The translations under genes and the position numbers were made by a program. A DNA stretch of 64,000 bases, taken from Limisphaerales bacterium. Lineage in GTDB: Bacteria; Verrucomicrobiota; Verrucomicrobiia; Limisphaerales; Palsa-1400. Each line of letters begins with the position of its first letter. The stretch's first letter is position 1. Below the pieces are notes generated by a model that did no database searches, was not told where the DNA came from, and saw only the letters and a list, made by a program, of their open reading frames with translations. The stretch lies in assembly GCA_052325505.1 (NCBI GenBank), contig JBKQUS010000141.1, positions 6,509 to 70,508 of the forward strand. Reading direction: 5' to 3'. Shown piece after piece: positions 35,601 through 45,500 of the stretch.

Positions 35601-38600
35601 ATTTCTACGGCACGACGCTGGAGGGCGGCGCTTACGGTTATGGCACGATATACCGAATGAACACCGCCCTATCGCTGACCACACTGGTTTCGTTCAATTA
35701 CACCGACGGCGGCTATCCTTCATCCGTGCTGGTGCAAGGCAACGATGGCAACTTCTATGGCACGACCGAAGCAGGCGGCGCGAGCGGATGGGGGACGGTC
35801 TTCAAAATGACGCTCTCCGGTGAGTTCACCGTCCTTTACTCTTTTACGGGCGGTAATGATGGAGGGGAACCCATCCCCGGTCTGGTCCAGGCTGCGGATG
35901 GGAATTTCTACGGCACAACTTATGAAGCGGGGGCGGACGGGTATGGCACGGTATTTGAAATAACGTCGTCAGGCGCGTTCACTCCCCGTTACTCATTTAC
36001 CGGCGGCAGTGATGGCGGCAATCCGTGGGGTGGACTGATGCAGGCATCGGATGGCAATTTGTATGGCACCACCCAGTATGGCGGCACCTACGGCTTTGGC
36101 AGTGTATTCCAGATCGCCCCCACCGGCGGGCTGGCCACGCTGGTGCAATTTGATGGCTACCAAGGCGCCGAACCAGCCGCCGCACTCGTCCAAGGCCTGG
36201 ATGGGAATTTATATGGCACGACCGAAGAAGGCGGCGTGAACGGCAATGGCGCGATCTACCGGCTCAGTGTGAATGGCCCTTTGCAAATCACCGGGCAGCC
36301 TGCGGACCAATCGGCTTACATTGGCGGCAGTGCGAGCTTTACCGTGGCGACTTTCGGCGCTGCTCCGGTCTTCTACCAGTGGCAGCAGGACGGAATTAAT
36401 CTCACCAATGGCGGCAACATTTCCGGCGCCACTTCCGCCAATCTCACAATCTCGAACGTTACGGAGTACGATGCCGCGGTCTATACCGTCGTTGTCAGTA
36501 ATGCCGTCAATTCAGTCACCAGCGATTATGCGGTCCTTGAGGTGATCTTTTCTCCGCCAAGCATCACCACCCAGCCGGCGAGCCAGACGTGCCTGGCAGG
36601 GACGACCACAACTTTCACGGTGGGAGCGGCCGGAGACCAGCCGCTGTCGTATCAATGGCAGGAGAACGGAACCAATTTGACGAATGGCGGCGCCATTTCC
36701 GGGTCCGCCACAAGCACATTGACCATCTCTAATCTGACTTTGGCAAGTGCAGGGGGCTATTCGGTGATCGTGAGCAACGCGGTCTATGTGGTATCCAGCT
36801 TGAACGCGGTGCTGTCCGTCCTGCCCGTCACCCCGCCGGGGGTTTCCACGTCCGCTCTACATCTGTTCAGCGGCGCCGACGGCGCATATCCTTATGCGGG
36901 CCTGATCCAAAGCACCAACGGTTATCTCTACGGCACCACCACGGGCGGCGGCCAGGATTATTATGGCACAATATTTAGCATGTCGCTCACCGGCGTGCTG
37001 AGCCATCTTTACAACTTTTCGGATTCCCCCGCCGGTGCGAATCCTTACGGGGGCCTGATACAAAGCACGAATGGCAATTTCTACTGCACCACACTTGAAG
37101 GAGGCGCCAACGGATACGGCACGATCTACCGAATGACATCCACCAGCATTGTGACACTCCTCTACTCCTTCGAGGATGGCGTTGACGGCGCATTTCCTTA
37201 TGCCGGCCTGGCGCAAGGTTCCGATGGCAATTTCTATGGCACTGCTTATGAGGGCGGCTTGGATTCCGTTGGCTCGGTTTTCAAGATGGCGGCAAACGGC
37301 GCGGTCACCAGCCTGTATGGATTCACGGGCGGGGACGATGGCGGCTACCCTTACGCAGGGGTGATTCAGGGCAGGGATGGGAGTTTCTACGGCACAACCC
37401 AGGAATATGGCGCCAACGGTTTTGGCACGGTCTTCAGGCTCGCCACCAACGGCACACTGGCCACTTTAGCTTCGTTCGATTACTCGAATGGCGCTTATCC
37501 TCAAGCCGGAGTCATCCAGGGCCTGGACGGAAAACTGTATGGCACCACCCCGGAAGGGGGTTCCAACGGCTACGGCACCGTATTCTGTGTGCATACCAAT
37601 GGCACGCTGACGACCCTCTTCTCGTTTGATTCCGCGAACGGAAGCGATCCAGTGGCCTCGCTGGTGCAGGGCACGGATGGGAATTTGTATGGCACGACCT
37701 CCTCCGGCGGCGCCGGTGGCCAGGGCACCGCGTTCAGAATAGCCACCAATGGCACGTTGACCACTTTGCTTTGGTTCGATGGCCTCAATGGCGCGGATCC
37801 CGAGGGGGCATTGGTGCAGGCCAGCGATGGCACTTTCTACGGCACGACTGCCCAGGGTGGGACGGGGTTCAACCCTTCCGCCGGTGGCGGCAATGGCGTC
37901 ATTTTCCAGCTCACCGTGCCGATCTTCATTACCAACTCGATCACGTTGACCCCGGCCATTTCTTGTCTGCCGTATGCCTCCAATATTTCAGGATTCGCCG
38001 TCGCCCCGCAGGGTGATGGGTTGAGCTTTGCCAAGGTCAGCGGGCCCGCCTGGCTCAATGTGGCAACCAACGGCGTCCTTTCCGGAACGCCGGTGAATTC
38101 CAACATCGGCGTTAACATGTTTGTCGTGAGCTTGACGGATTCGAACGGCGTATCTGCCACGACCAGCTTGGAGATCTCCGTGATTCCCGACCCGCCACCT
38201 GCGTTCATCCTCAACCCCTTCACCGAACCTTGGGCCTATGTGGACGAGGCTTATTCGAGCGTCATTGCCACAAACGCCACCGACGCGGAACTTGGCGACG
38301 GGGACGTCCTCACTTTTGCCAAGGTCAGCGGTCCCGCATGGCTCAACGTGGCTGCCAGCGGGATCTTGTCCGGTGTGCCGGAAGATACTGATGCCGGCAC
38401 GAACACGTTTGTAGTGAGTGTGGCCAATCTGGCAGGAGCCTCCAACACCGCGACTCTGGTAATCTGTGTGGATGGTGGGCCTTCGTTTATCTCCCAGAAC
38501 TTCACGACGCCTGCCGCCACGGTGGGCCTGCCTTATTCCGGCACGATTGCCACAAACGCCACCGACCCGGATCTTGCCGTTGGAGGCACTCTCTCCTTTT

Positions 38601-39244
38601 ACAAGGTCACAGGGCCGGCCTGGCTCAATGTGGGCACCGACGGCGGTCTTTCAGGCGCGCCTTCGATTGCCAATCTGGGCGCTGACAGTTTCCTGGTGCT
38701 GGTGGTTGATGCCGGCGGACTCTCCGCCGTCGGGTATTTGGGCATCACTGTCAACACGGACAGCCCGCCCTCGTTCATCAGCAATCCCTTCTCCGGGCCG
38801 CCGGTCACAGCGGGAAATGCCTATACGGCTTCCATTGCGACCGACGCCAGCGATCCGGACTTTGGCGATGTCCTGACTTTCTCCAAGCTCAGCGGTCCGG
38901 CTTGGTTGAGCGTTGCCGGGAACGGCAGCTTATCGGGGACGCCTCTTTCCGGCAACGACGGAACCAACACCTTCCTCGTGAATGTGGCGGATTACGACGG
39001 CTTGTCCAACAACGCCACCTTGTACATCGACGTGACACCGGCGGCCGCTATTGTGGCGCGGATTTCACAACAAGGCTCCAACCTAATGCTGAGTTGGACT
39101 GGCGGGATTGCTCCATATCAGGTGTGGATGACGACTAATGCGAACTATTCCGTTTGGCAAAGCGTCGGCAGTCCGGCCAACGCGACCAACTTGCTGGTGT
39201 GGCCAAGCAACGCCGCCAGCTTCTATAAAATCCAGGGACAGTAG
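32654..39244 (+). CDS. Giant secreted protein: pro-kumamolisin activation domain + S53 (sedolisin) peptidase, 2x(2 Ig-like + 7 GloVer repeats), 4 He_PIG-type Ig domains, short C-terminal module
   Basis: The ATG at 32654 (MKTSLSGPHEIKLATLPAAAVRVWLLWALLPGLCAISAPA) is preceded by AAAGGAA. The S53 serine context is GGTSCATPLWAG. Ig-like units contain F/SYQWQ.NGTNL. There are 14 units of the form LY.F.GG.DG..P.AGL.Q..DGN.YGTT..GG..G.GTVF.(I/L), which is GloVer-type. The motif F(A/S/Y)K(V/L)(S/T)GPAWL.V...G.LSG.P occurs 4 times. The protein ends ...NAASFYKIQGQ. Confidence 0.8.
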   Translation: MKTSLSGPHEIKLATLPAAAVRVWLLWALLPGLCAISAPAGERQFLHNHVPAAVTNAAPVRHCSRWDRLNLTIGLPLRDREGLTNLLQQLYDPASPDFHRYLTADEFARRFGPTEEDYEAVVGFAQSHGLRVTARHPNRTLVSVKGTVADIERAFHVTLNEYQHPTESRTFYAPDVEPSLDLATPILGISGLDNFVVPHPCFRPIAPEEAKPDLTGSGPGGTYMGYDFRAAYVPGETLTGTGQTVGLLEFDAGYLQSDITAYETQAGLPNVPVSAVLLDGYNGTPGGEDNIEVSLDIEMAISMAPGLAGVIVYEGSTTDDILNRMATDNLAKQTSASWTYPTDANSDQIFLEYAAQGQSFFNASGDGGAYSGTVATPADDPNIMVVGGTTLTTSGPGGAWGSETTWTPYSGGGISTVRTIPIWQEGISMTANQGSTTMRNLPDVALTADDVYVIYDGGAGAVGGTSCATPLWAGFTALMNQLALTNGEPTVGFINPAIYAIGKGSNSMGYTSLFHDITTGDNENSGSPSRFLAVPGYDLCTGWGTPTGSNLIMAIGMPEPLRITPASGALFTGPAGGPFAPATQTYSLTNTAASPLTWSLANTSSWFNISPSSGTLLRGGLAATVTASVALAATNLPAGSYSAALRFTNLGDNFGQTRQLTLAVVTPPVITAQPTNQALLDGMTANFSVVTGPNALMFYQWQENGTNLSDSSHISGSLTSSLTISNVSATYAGSYTVVLSNAAGVLASSNALLTIVPSEPVIVRPPTNQTVLPGATVSFSVAAVGNTPYFYQWQFNGTNLANNATFSGVTSNILTISNVAPTNAGTYSVIVSNTYGSATSAGAVLSIISVAAPGIDISTLWSFASGNSGEFPYSPLVQSANGTFYGTTLDGGTDGDGTLFKITPGGVLSTLVSLDYTDGAGAYAGLALSSTGLLYGAAIEGGAYGDGTLMWTTTNGGGPHDVSFNGNNGMYPVAGVVLGSDNNFYGTTLEGGAYGYGTIYRMNTALSLTTLVSFNYTDGGYPSSVLVQGNDGNFYGTTEAGGASGWGTVFKMTLSGEFTVLYSFTGGNDGGEPIPGLVQAADGNFYGTTYEAGADGYGTVFEITSSGAFTPRYSFTGGSDGGNPWGGLMQASDGNLYGTTQYGGTYGFGSVFQIAPTGGLATLVQFDGYQGAEPAAALVQGLDGNLYGTTEEGGVNGNGAIYRLSVNGPLQITGQPADQSAYIGGSASFTVATFGAAPVFYQWQQDGINLTNGGNISGATSANLTISNVTEYDAAVYTVVVSNAVNSVTSDYAVLEVIFSPPSITTQPASQTCLAGTTTTFTVGAAGDQPLSYQWQENGTNLTNGGAISGSATSTLTISNLTLASAGGYSVIVSNAVYVVSSLNAVLSVLPVTPPGVSTSALHLFSGADGAYPYAGLIQSTNGYLYGTTTGGGQDYYGTIFSMSLTGVLSHLYNFSDSPAGANPYGGLIQSTNGNFYCTTLEGGANGYGTIYRMTSTSIVTLLYSFEDGVDGAFPYAGLAQGSDGNFYGTAYEGGLDSVGSVFKMAANGAVTSLYGFTGGDDGGYPYAGVIQGRDGSFYGTTQEYGANGFGTVFRLATNGTLATLASFDYSNGAYPQAGVIQGLDGKLYGTTPEGGSNGYGTVFCVHTNGTLTTLFSFDSANGSDPVASLVQGTDGNLYGTTSSGGAGGQGTAFRIATNGTLTTLLWFDGLNGADPEGALVQASDGTFYGTTAQGGTGFNPSAGGGNGVIFQLTVPIFITNSITLTPAISCLPYASNISGFAVAPQGDGLSFAKVSGPAWLNVATNGVLSGTPVNSNIGVNMFVVSLTDSNGVSATTSLEISVIPDPPPAFILNPFTEPWAYVDEAYSSVIATNATDAELGDGDVLTFAKVSGPAWLNVAASGILSGVPEDTDAGTNTFVVSVANLAGASNTATLVICVDGGPSFISQNFTTPAATVGLPYSGTIATNATDPDLAVGGTLSFYKVTGPAWLNVGTDGGLSGAPSIANLGADSFLVLVVDAGGLSAVGYLGITVNTDSPPSFISNPFSGPPVTAGNAYTASIATDASDPDFGDVLTFSKLSGPAWLSVAGNGSLSGTPLSGNDGTNTFLVNVADYDGLSNNATLYIDVTPAAAIVARISQQGSNLMLSWTGGIAPYQVWMTTNANYSVWQSVGSPANATNLLVWPSNAASFYKIQGQ

Positions 39245-39260
39245 TCACAAGCCTTGCGGC

Positions 39261-41630
39261 CTATTTCATCGCCCGGGCGATGGCGTTCCACCAGGCGTCG
39301 TGCAATTGGGCCACGGGCCATTTGCACTCGGCGCCGCCCCGCTTGATGACCAGCTCGCTGCCGCCGACGGTTCCAAGTTTGACAGCGCCAACACCCAGTA
39401 TCTTCGCGCGTTCCACGACCTTGACCTCATCGAGCGGCGCGACGGAGATGATGACGCGGCCCTGCGTTTCGCCAAAGAGCAATGAGTCAATACTAATGTT
39501 TTCCGGGGCGGCGGACGGGTCGATCTGCGCGCCGATCAGGCGGGGCGTGTCGCGGGCGATCTGTCGGGAAATGCAGCATTCGGCCAGGGCCACGGCCAGG
39601 CCGCCTTCGCTGCAATCGTGCGCGCTCCTGACCAAGCCGCAGGCGATGAAGCCGCGCAAGGCGTGGTGCAAAGCGCGTTCCTTCTCCAAATCGCAGCGCG
39701 GCGGCAGGCCGGTTTTGAGGCCGTGCAGGCATTGCAGCCAGGCCGATCCTCCCAGGCCCAGCAGCGGATCGTTTTGGTCCACAAGATCGCCCAGCAGGAT
39801 GATCGCATCGCCCTCGTCCTGGAACCACTGCGTGGTAATGTGCTCGCGCTTTTCAATCAACCCGACCAGCGCCACCGTTGGCGTGGGATCAATGGGGCCG
39901 GCGGGACTTTGGTTGTAGAGACTGCAATTGCCGCCCGTGACCGGCGCGTTGAAGGCCCGGCAGGCCTCGGCTAGGCCGCGCACCGACTCCTTCAATTGCC
40001 AGAACGACTCCGGGTTGTGCGGATTGGCAAAATTCAAATTGTCCGTCGTGCCCAGCGGGGTTGCGCCGGAGCAGGCCAGGTTGCGCGCCGCCTCGGCCAC
40101 GGCGATTTTCGCCCCTTCGTAGGGGTCGAGATAGACGTAGGTCGCATTGCAATCCACGGTCAACGCGATGTATTTCTCCAGTGCCGCGCCGTTGGCCTTC
40201 GTCACGCCCGGTATCGAATCCGACTTGATGCGGATGACGGCGGCGTCGGAACCCGGGCAAACCACCGAACCATCCCGGACCATGTGATCGTATTGGCGGT
40301 AAACCCAGTTCTTGGAGGCGATGGTCGGCCACGCCAGCAATTGGGGCAGGGCCTGGACCGCATCAACCGATGCCGGCACGCTGGCTAGGGAAAAGTCGCG
40401 CACGGCCTGCAAGTAGGCGGGTTCGCGGCTTTCGCGCTGATAGACCGGCGCTTCGTCAGCCAGTTTTTTCGCCGGTATGTCCACCACGACTTGCCCGTTG
40501 AATTTCACCACCATCTGGCCGGTGTCCGTGACGCTGCCGATTTGCGCCCAAGGCAGGTCCCATTTGTCAAAGATGCGTTTGACTTCATCTTCGCGCCCCG
40601 CCTGGACGATGATGAGCATCCGCTCCTGCGACTCGCTCAACATGATTTCGTAGGGCGTCATGTTGGGGGCGCGTTGTGGGACTTTGTTCAGTTCGATTTC
40701 AATTCCGGTGCCGGCGCGCGCCGCGGTTTCGCAGGTCGAACAAGTCAGGCCCGCCGCGCCCATGTCCTGGATGCCCGCCACGGCGTCAGTCGCCAGCAAT
40801 TCCAGGCACGCCTCGCACACCAGCTTTTCCATGAACGGATCACCGACTTGCACCGCTCCGCGTTGCTGGCCGGCTGATTCGCGGGTCAAATCCTGCGAGG
40901 CAAAGGCCGCTCCGGCCAGGCCATCCCGGCCGGTGGCCGGGCCGACATAAAAGACCGGGTTGCCCACGCCCTTGGCCGCGCCGCGCGCGATCTGGTCATG
41001 ACGCAACACGCCGAGGCAAAAAGCGTTTACGAGCGGGTTGCCCTCGTAGCATTTGTCGAAATAGACCTCGCCGGCGATGGTGGGGATGCCGAAGCAATTG
41101 CCATAATGGGCGATGCCGCCGACCACCCCGCCAAAAAGCCGCCGGTTGTTGGTGATTGAGCCATTGGCGCTTTCGTTTTGCGCCGGGACAATCGGCCCGA
41201 AGCGCAGCGAGTTGACGGAGCAAATCGGGCGTGCGCCCATGGTGAAAATATCGCGGATGATGCCGCCGACTCCCGTGGCCGCCCCTTGAAATGGCTCCAC
41301 AGCACTGGGATGGTTGTGCGACTCGATTTTGAAAGCGATGGCCAGCCCGTCGCCGATGTCAATGATACCGGCGTTCTCCTCGCCGGCGCCGACCAGGATG
41401 TTGGGCGATTTGGTGGGGAAGGTTTTGAGCAAAGGCCGGGTGTTTTTGTAAGAGCAATGCTCGCTCCACATCACCGAGAAAACGCCCAGTTCGGTGTAAC
41501 TTGGGTCGCGTCCGAGAACGCCCTTGATCTTCTCGAACTCCTCGGGAGTGAGATTGTGCTGTTTGACCAGTTTGGGCGTGATGGCCGGCCCGGTCCAAGA
41601 CGGTTTGATTTCAGCGGTTTGATCCTTCAT
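39261..41630 (-). CDS. purL: Phosphoribosylformylglycinamidine synthase subunit PurL (FGAM synthase II)
   Basis: 789 aa with motifs [40 protein letters not shown] and the duplicated PurM-like fold. Confidence 0.92.
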   Translation of the reverse strand: MKDQTAEIKPSWTGPAITPKLVKQHNLTPEEFEKIKGVLGRDPSYTELGVFSVMWSEHCSYKNTRPLLKTFPTKSPNILVGAGEENAGIIDIGDGLAIAFKIESHNHPSAVEPFQGAATGVGGIIRDIFTMGARPICSVNSLRFGPIVPAQNESANGSITNNRRLFGGVVGGIAHYGNCFGIPTIAGEVYFDKCYEGNPLVNAFCLGVLRHDQIARGAAKGVGNPVFYVGPATGRDGLAGAAFASQDLTRESAGQQRGAVQVGDPFMEKLVCEACLELLATDAVAGIQDMGAAGLTCSTCETAARAGTGIEIELNKVPQRAPNMTPYEIMLSESQERMLIIVQAGREDEVKRIFDKWDLPWAQIGSVTDTGQMVVKFNGQVVVDIPAKKLADEAPVYQRESREPAYLQAVRDFSLASVPASVDAVQALPQLLAWPTIASKNWVYRQYDHMVRDGSVVCPGSDAAVIRIKSDSIPGVTKANGAALEKYIALTVDCNATYVYLDPYEGAKIAVAEAARNLACSGATPLGTTDNLNFANPHNPESFWQLKESVRGLAEACRAFNAPVTGGNCSLYNQSPAGPIDPTPTVALVGLIEKREHITTQWFQDEGDAIILLGDLVDQNDPLLGLGGSAWLQCLHGLKTGLPPRCDLEKERALHHALRGFIACGLVRSAHDCSEGGLAVALAECCISRQIARDTPRLIGAQIDPSAAPENISIDSLLFGETQGRVIISVAPLDEVKVVERAKILGVGAVKLGTVGGSELVIKRGGAECKWPVAQLHDAWWNAIARAMK

Positions 41631-41699
41631 TGAACAAAACTCATGGCGATATGGTGTGCCGGTTCGCTGACGTGTTCAAGGCTTTAACCACTTGGCTTG

Positions 41700-42540
41700 C
41701 ACTGACAAAATCACTTTGATTCACTTTGATTTCGTAGGAGTGGCCCGAGTCATGGTTGCGTTGTAAGATATTTATGTTGTGGTATTTGCATACGATTTGG
41801 CCGCCGGAGCACTGGTTTGACTGGGGTTAACTAAATTAATCATGGTTTGATCCGTCTTCGCCCCTGGGCTTCCGCCGTCGTCCAAGGCTTTGGCGGGACA
41901 AGTCGGCGCGACAAGCCCGCCTTCGACGAAGCGCCATAGGTGGTCCGCGACAGAATGCGGGAATTTATCACTGCGACTCGCTTTGACCCACTGCGACGGA
42001 CTGCGATGGGGTTTGAGTGGAATCATACCTTTGGCCGTGTTTGATTGCTTGAAAATTGAAGGAATGGCCGCGAAAAATCGCAAGCATCGCAAAATTTGAA
42101 GGCAGTCTGAATATGCCCAAGCAATGGCGCGATTTCTCCAATACGGCTCATAAGCTGTGGATTTTTTTGGCACGATTTAGCACGAATTAGCACGATTTGG
42201 CCCGATCCTGGGCTGTGGGCTTGGCTTGGGAACTCATTGATTGGCAGCCTGTTCCAGTTGAAACAGGGGGATAATGGCCCCAAATCCAGTTTTCACGTTT
42301 TATGGCCGGTCGCGCCACAGACCCGGCGACGGTGGAATTTCTTAATTTATCCTTCATCATTCAGCCTTTATTTCATTGTTCATTAGATGAAGTATACAGT
42401 TAGCATATCATATCGTCAATGGATTTTTGAAAGAATTTTTAAGAAAAGTGTGGTTTTTTGCTAAAAATGTGTTTAAGGCCTTGCGCGGCAAAGACTTAAG
42501 ATTTTAACCACAAAGAACACAAAGTTCACAAAGAAGAATG
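41700..42540. repeat. Repeat-rich non-coding region A (interspersed repeat units plus degenerate short tandem repeats)
   Basis: AAAATCACTTTGATTCACTTTGA at 41707-41729 is identical to 57779-57801. The unit ACTGCGACTCGCT...GGGGTTTGA.TGGAATCATA..TTTGGCC at 41970-42036 matches 57974-58030. There are also (GCACGAWTTA)x3 at ~42170-42200, a CACAAAGA-type repeat at 42507-42537, and an AT-rich patch at 42340-42480. Confidence 0.7.
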
Positions 42541-42570
42541 GCGCAAAAATCAACTGATGTGGCATGGCGG

Positions 42571-45500
42571 TTACCTGGCCGATGAAAATGCCCCGGATGT
42601 TATGACTACACCCCCAACATAGCCGGTGGATGTTGTGACCACACCTCCATCGCCGGGATCGGTGATGACCACGGGGTTCGAGGAAGAGGCTTGGGTGTTG
42701 GACGGCGAATCGAGCAGAAAAGCACCGCTCTGGTTGGTTCCAAGGAAATAACCTTGGGCATTGGTCTGGCCTTGCAGGATCACGCCGTGGATTTTGATGC
42801 TTTGCTTCGGGTCGTCGGGATTGGCGAAGCTGCCGGTGATCATGCCCGTGCTCTTTTTGATCCTCAGCTTCAGCTTGTTGGTCTCGTCCAATGAATTAGT
42901 GAGGGTGATCTTGTCGCTGGTTGTAAGGGTGACGCCATTGGTGATCGCGAATGGCAGATTGCCTCCCTCCAAGATCGCGATGAGGTCGGCTGGCAACACC
43001 TGGCTTTGGATGTAAATCCCTCCGGTGAGCGTTGCCTCTTGATTTGTAAATCCCGAACGATAGACCGCCGTGCGGGCTGAATTGGTCGCGTTGATCCAAC
43101 TGATGGGGGAGTCGTTGGTGAGGGTGTGGTTGGTGAAGTAATTCCAGCCCCACAGCGAGCCTTTGCCGCCGTAAAGATTCACATACAACGGCCAATAACC
43201 GTCCTGCGACACGACGCTCGACTGGCTGATGGCCGTCCCATCTGCCAGGCTCCCAACCAGCGTAACTATCCCCAAGTCATCTACATTCACGGTCCCATAG
43301 CTGGTTCCGAAAGGGCCAACGGAGGGATCGTTCGTGCCGGGGATGATCAGGGTGTATCGACCTACAAGTTCGGCGGCCTCGTCTGATTTGCTGAACGCAT
43401 CACGATAGCCGACTAATTCCGCAGTGAAGTTGTCGTTGCTGACGGTTCCGCCGACCGATTGATCGGCGAAATCTAGTTGCAGAGCCGTGGTCAGCGAGGG
43501 AATTCCGTGGACTGGTTTTGAGATGATTTCCGCCGTACCGTCAGGCTCAAATCTCCCCGAAAGCGGCACAGAATGCCCGTCTAATTCAAGCTTTCCGGAA
43601 ACGGCTCCATCTCTCGTGACGCTGAGAGAAAACGCGCCGGAGTTGGTCTGTTGCCGCGCTAAGTTTGTCGGGGCAAAGAGCCCTCTATAATTTCCATGTG
43701 CTGCCAGGAAAGAGTTGGTCACGAAGTTGGCCTCCAATACAAGATTGGACTCCATCGTAAACATGTAGCTGGCCGATGAACTCAAGACGGAATAGGGCTG
43801 GTTCGTTCCACCCACCCAGTTGACGAACAAGTTTTTCGTCTTGGGCATTGCCTTCACCGTATAATGTTCTCCGACCAACAGGTTTTCTGGCCATGTTTCG
43901 TGATGGATGGCACCAAAACCGTTTGTCAGGAGAATCAGCCCGTTGGCGGGTGTGGCGGCCGGGATGTAGAAACCAATGGCTGTCGTGGTCGCTCCGTTCG
44001 TGATGGTAACAGATTGGCTGGCGGGTGTTGTCCAAGCGCTGATTGCGCTGAAACTCACCACATGATTGCCCACCGTCAAATTGGTAACCGTCGCGCCACT
44101 GTTTTGAAATGATCCGCCATCAACCTGCCACTGCGCCCCATTGGTAATCGCTGACGCTGGAGTGATAATCACATACAGGGCATCGGGCCATGACACGACC
44201 GGAACACCGGTATTGGCGGAGAAGGAATCCCAGCCTGTGGTCCCGGGTAAATAATAGACGACAGTCCAATAGGGAAACCCTACGCCTACGGGGTCGAAAT
44301 AGAAAACGGACGAACCCGCGGCAGGAGCGTTCCCTTGGAAATAAACGGCAATCGCGTATCCGCAGTAAGCGAACGTATAGTCTCCGATGTTGGTGACACT
44401 GCCGGCGATCGTCACGCTGGACAGATCGTAACATCCATAGAACGCTGAACTCCCAATGCTAGTCACTCCGTTTGGGATTGTGACGGCGTTCAGTCCTGCA
44501 CAGCCATAGAACGCGTTGCTTCCGATGCTTATGACCGAGTCTGGGATCGTAACGCTACTTAAGCCAGTGCAGTCTGAGAAGGCCCCGTCCGAAATGCTCG
44601 TCACGCCGCCAGGAATGGCATAAACTCCACTTGCAGTGCTCGGAAATTGAATGAGGGTCGTTTGGCTCTTGTCGAATAACACTCCATCCACACTGCTGTA
44701 ATATGAGTTGTTTGTATCCACGGTTATCGCTGTCAGGCTGGCGCAGAACGCGAACGCCTGGTCTCCGATGTTGGTAACGCTCCCGGGAATCGTAACGCTT
44801 GTGAGGCCGGAATATCCGAACGCCAAGTCTCCGATGCTGGTGACACTGTCCGGAATCGTATAACTTCCGCTGAGACCACTCGGATATTGAAGCAGTGTGC
44901 TTTGTCCCGTGTCGAACAACACACCATCCACACTGCGATAAAACGCATTTTGTGCATCTACATCTATCGCTGTCAGGCTGGTTTCGGAAGCGAATGCACC
45001 TTCTCCGATGTTAGTGACGCTGCTCGGGATCATGAGGTTGGTGAGGCTTGCGTAAGCGAACGCATAGTCTCCAATGCTCGTCATGCTGTTGGGAATCGTG
45101 ACGCTCGTCACTCCTGTTTCGGCAAAGACATAATCCTGACCATCCCCGATGCTGGTAACGGTCAGATTGTTGATAGAGACTGGAATGATCACGTCACCGC
45201 CCGGACCGGTATAGCCTGTGATGGTGAGAGTATTGTCGGCATTTGTCGTGTAAATGTATTGCGACACGTAGATGCCGGTGGCTGTCGTGGTTGACCCGTC
45301 CGTGATCGTAATAGTTTGACTGGGTGGCATGTACCATCCGAAAGCAGCTGTGAACGAGATGGTGTGCTCACCCGCGGATAGATTGTTTACTGTCGCCCCG
45401 CTATTTTCATTTGTGCCGCCGTCCACCTGCCACTGTGCCCCGGAAGTAATCGCTTCTATTGGATTGATTATCACCTGCAAAGAACCGCCACCGTAGGTTG

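Noticed and set aside
41772-42173. 133-aa ORF in repeat region A. The same applies to 42023..42283, 57656..57883, 57793..58020 and 57893..58189 in regions A and B.
   Set aside because: These are translations of interspersed and tandem repeat DNA. They give similar junk peptides at both loci, have low complexity and lack start context.
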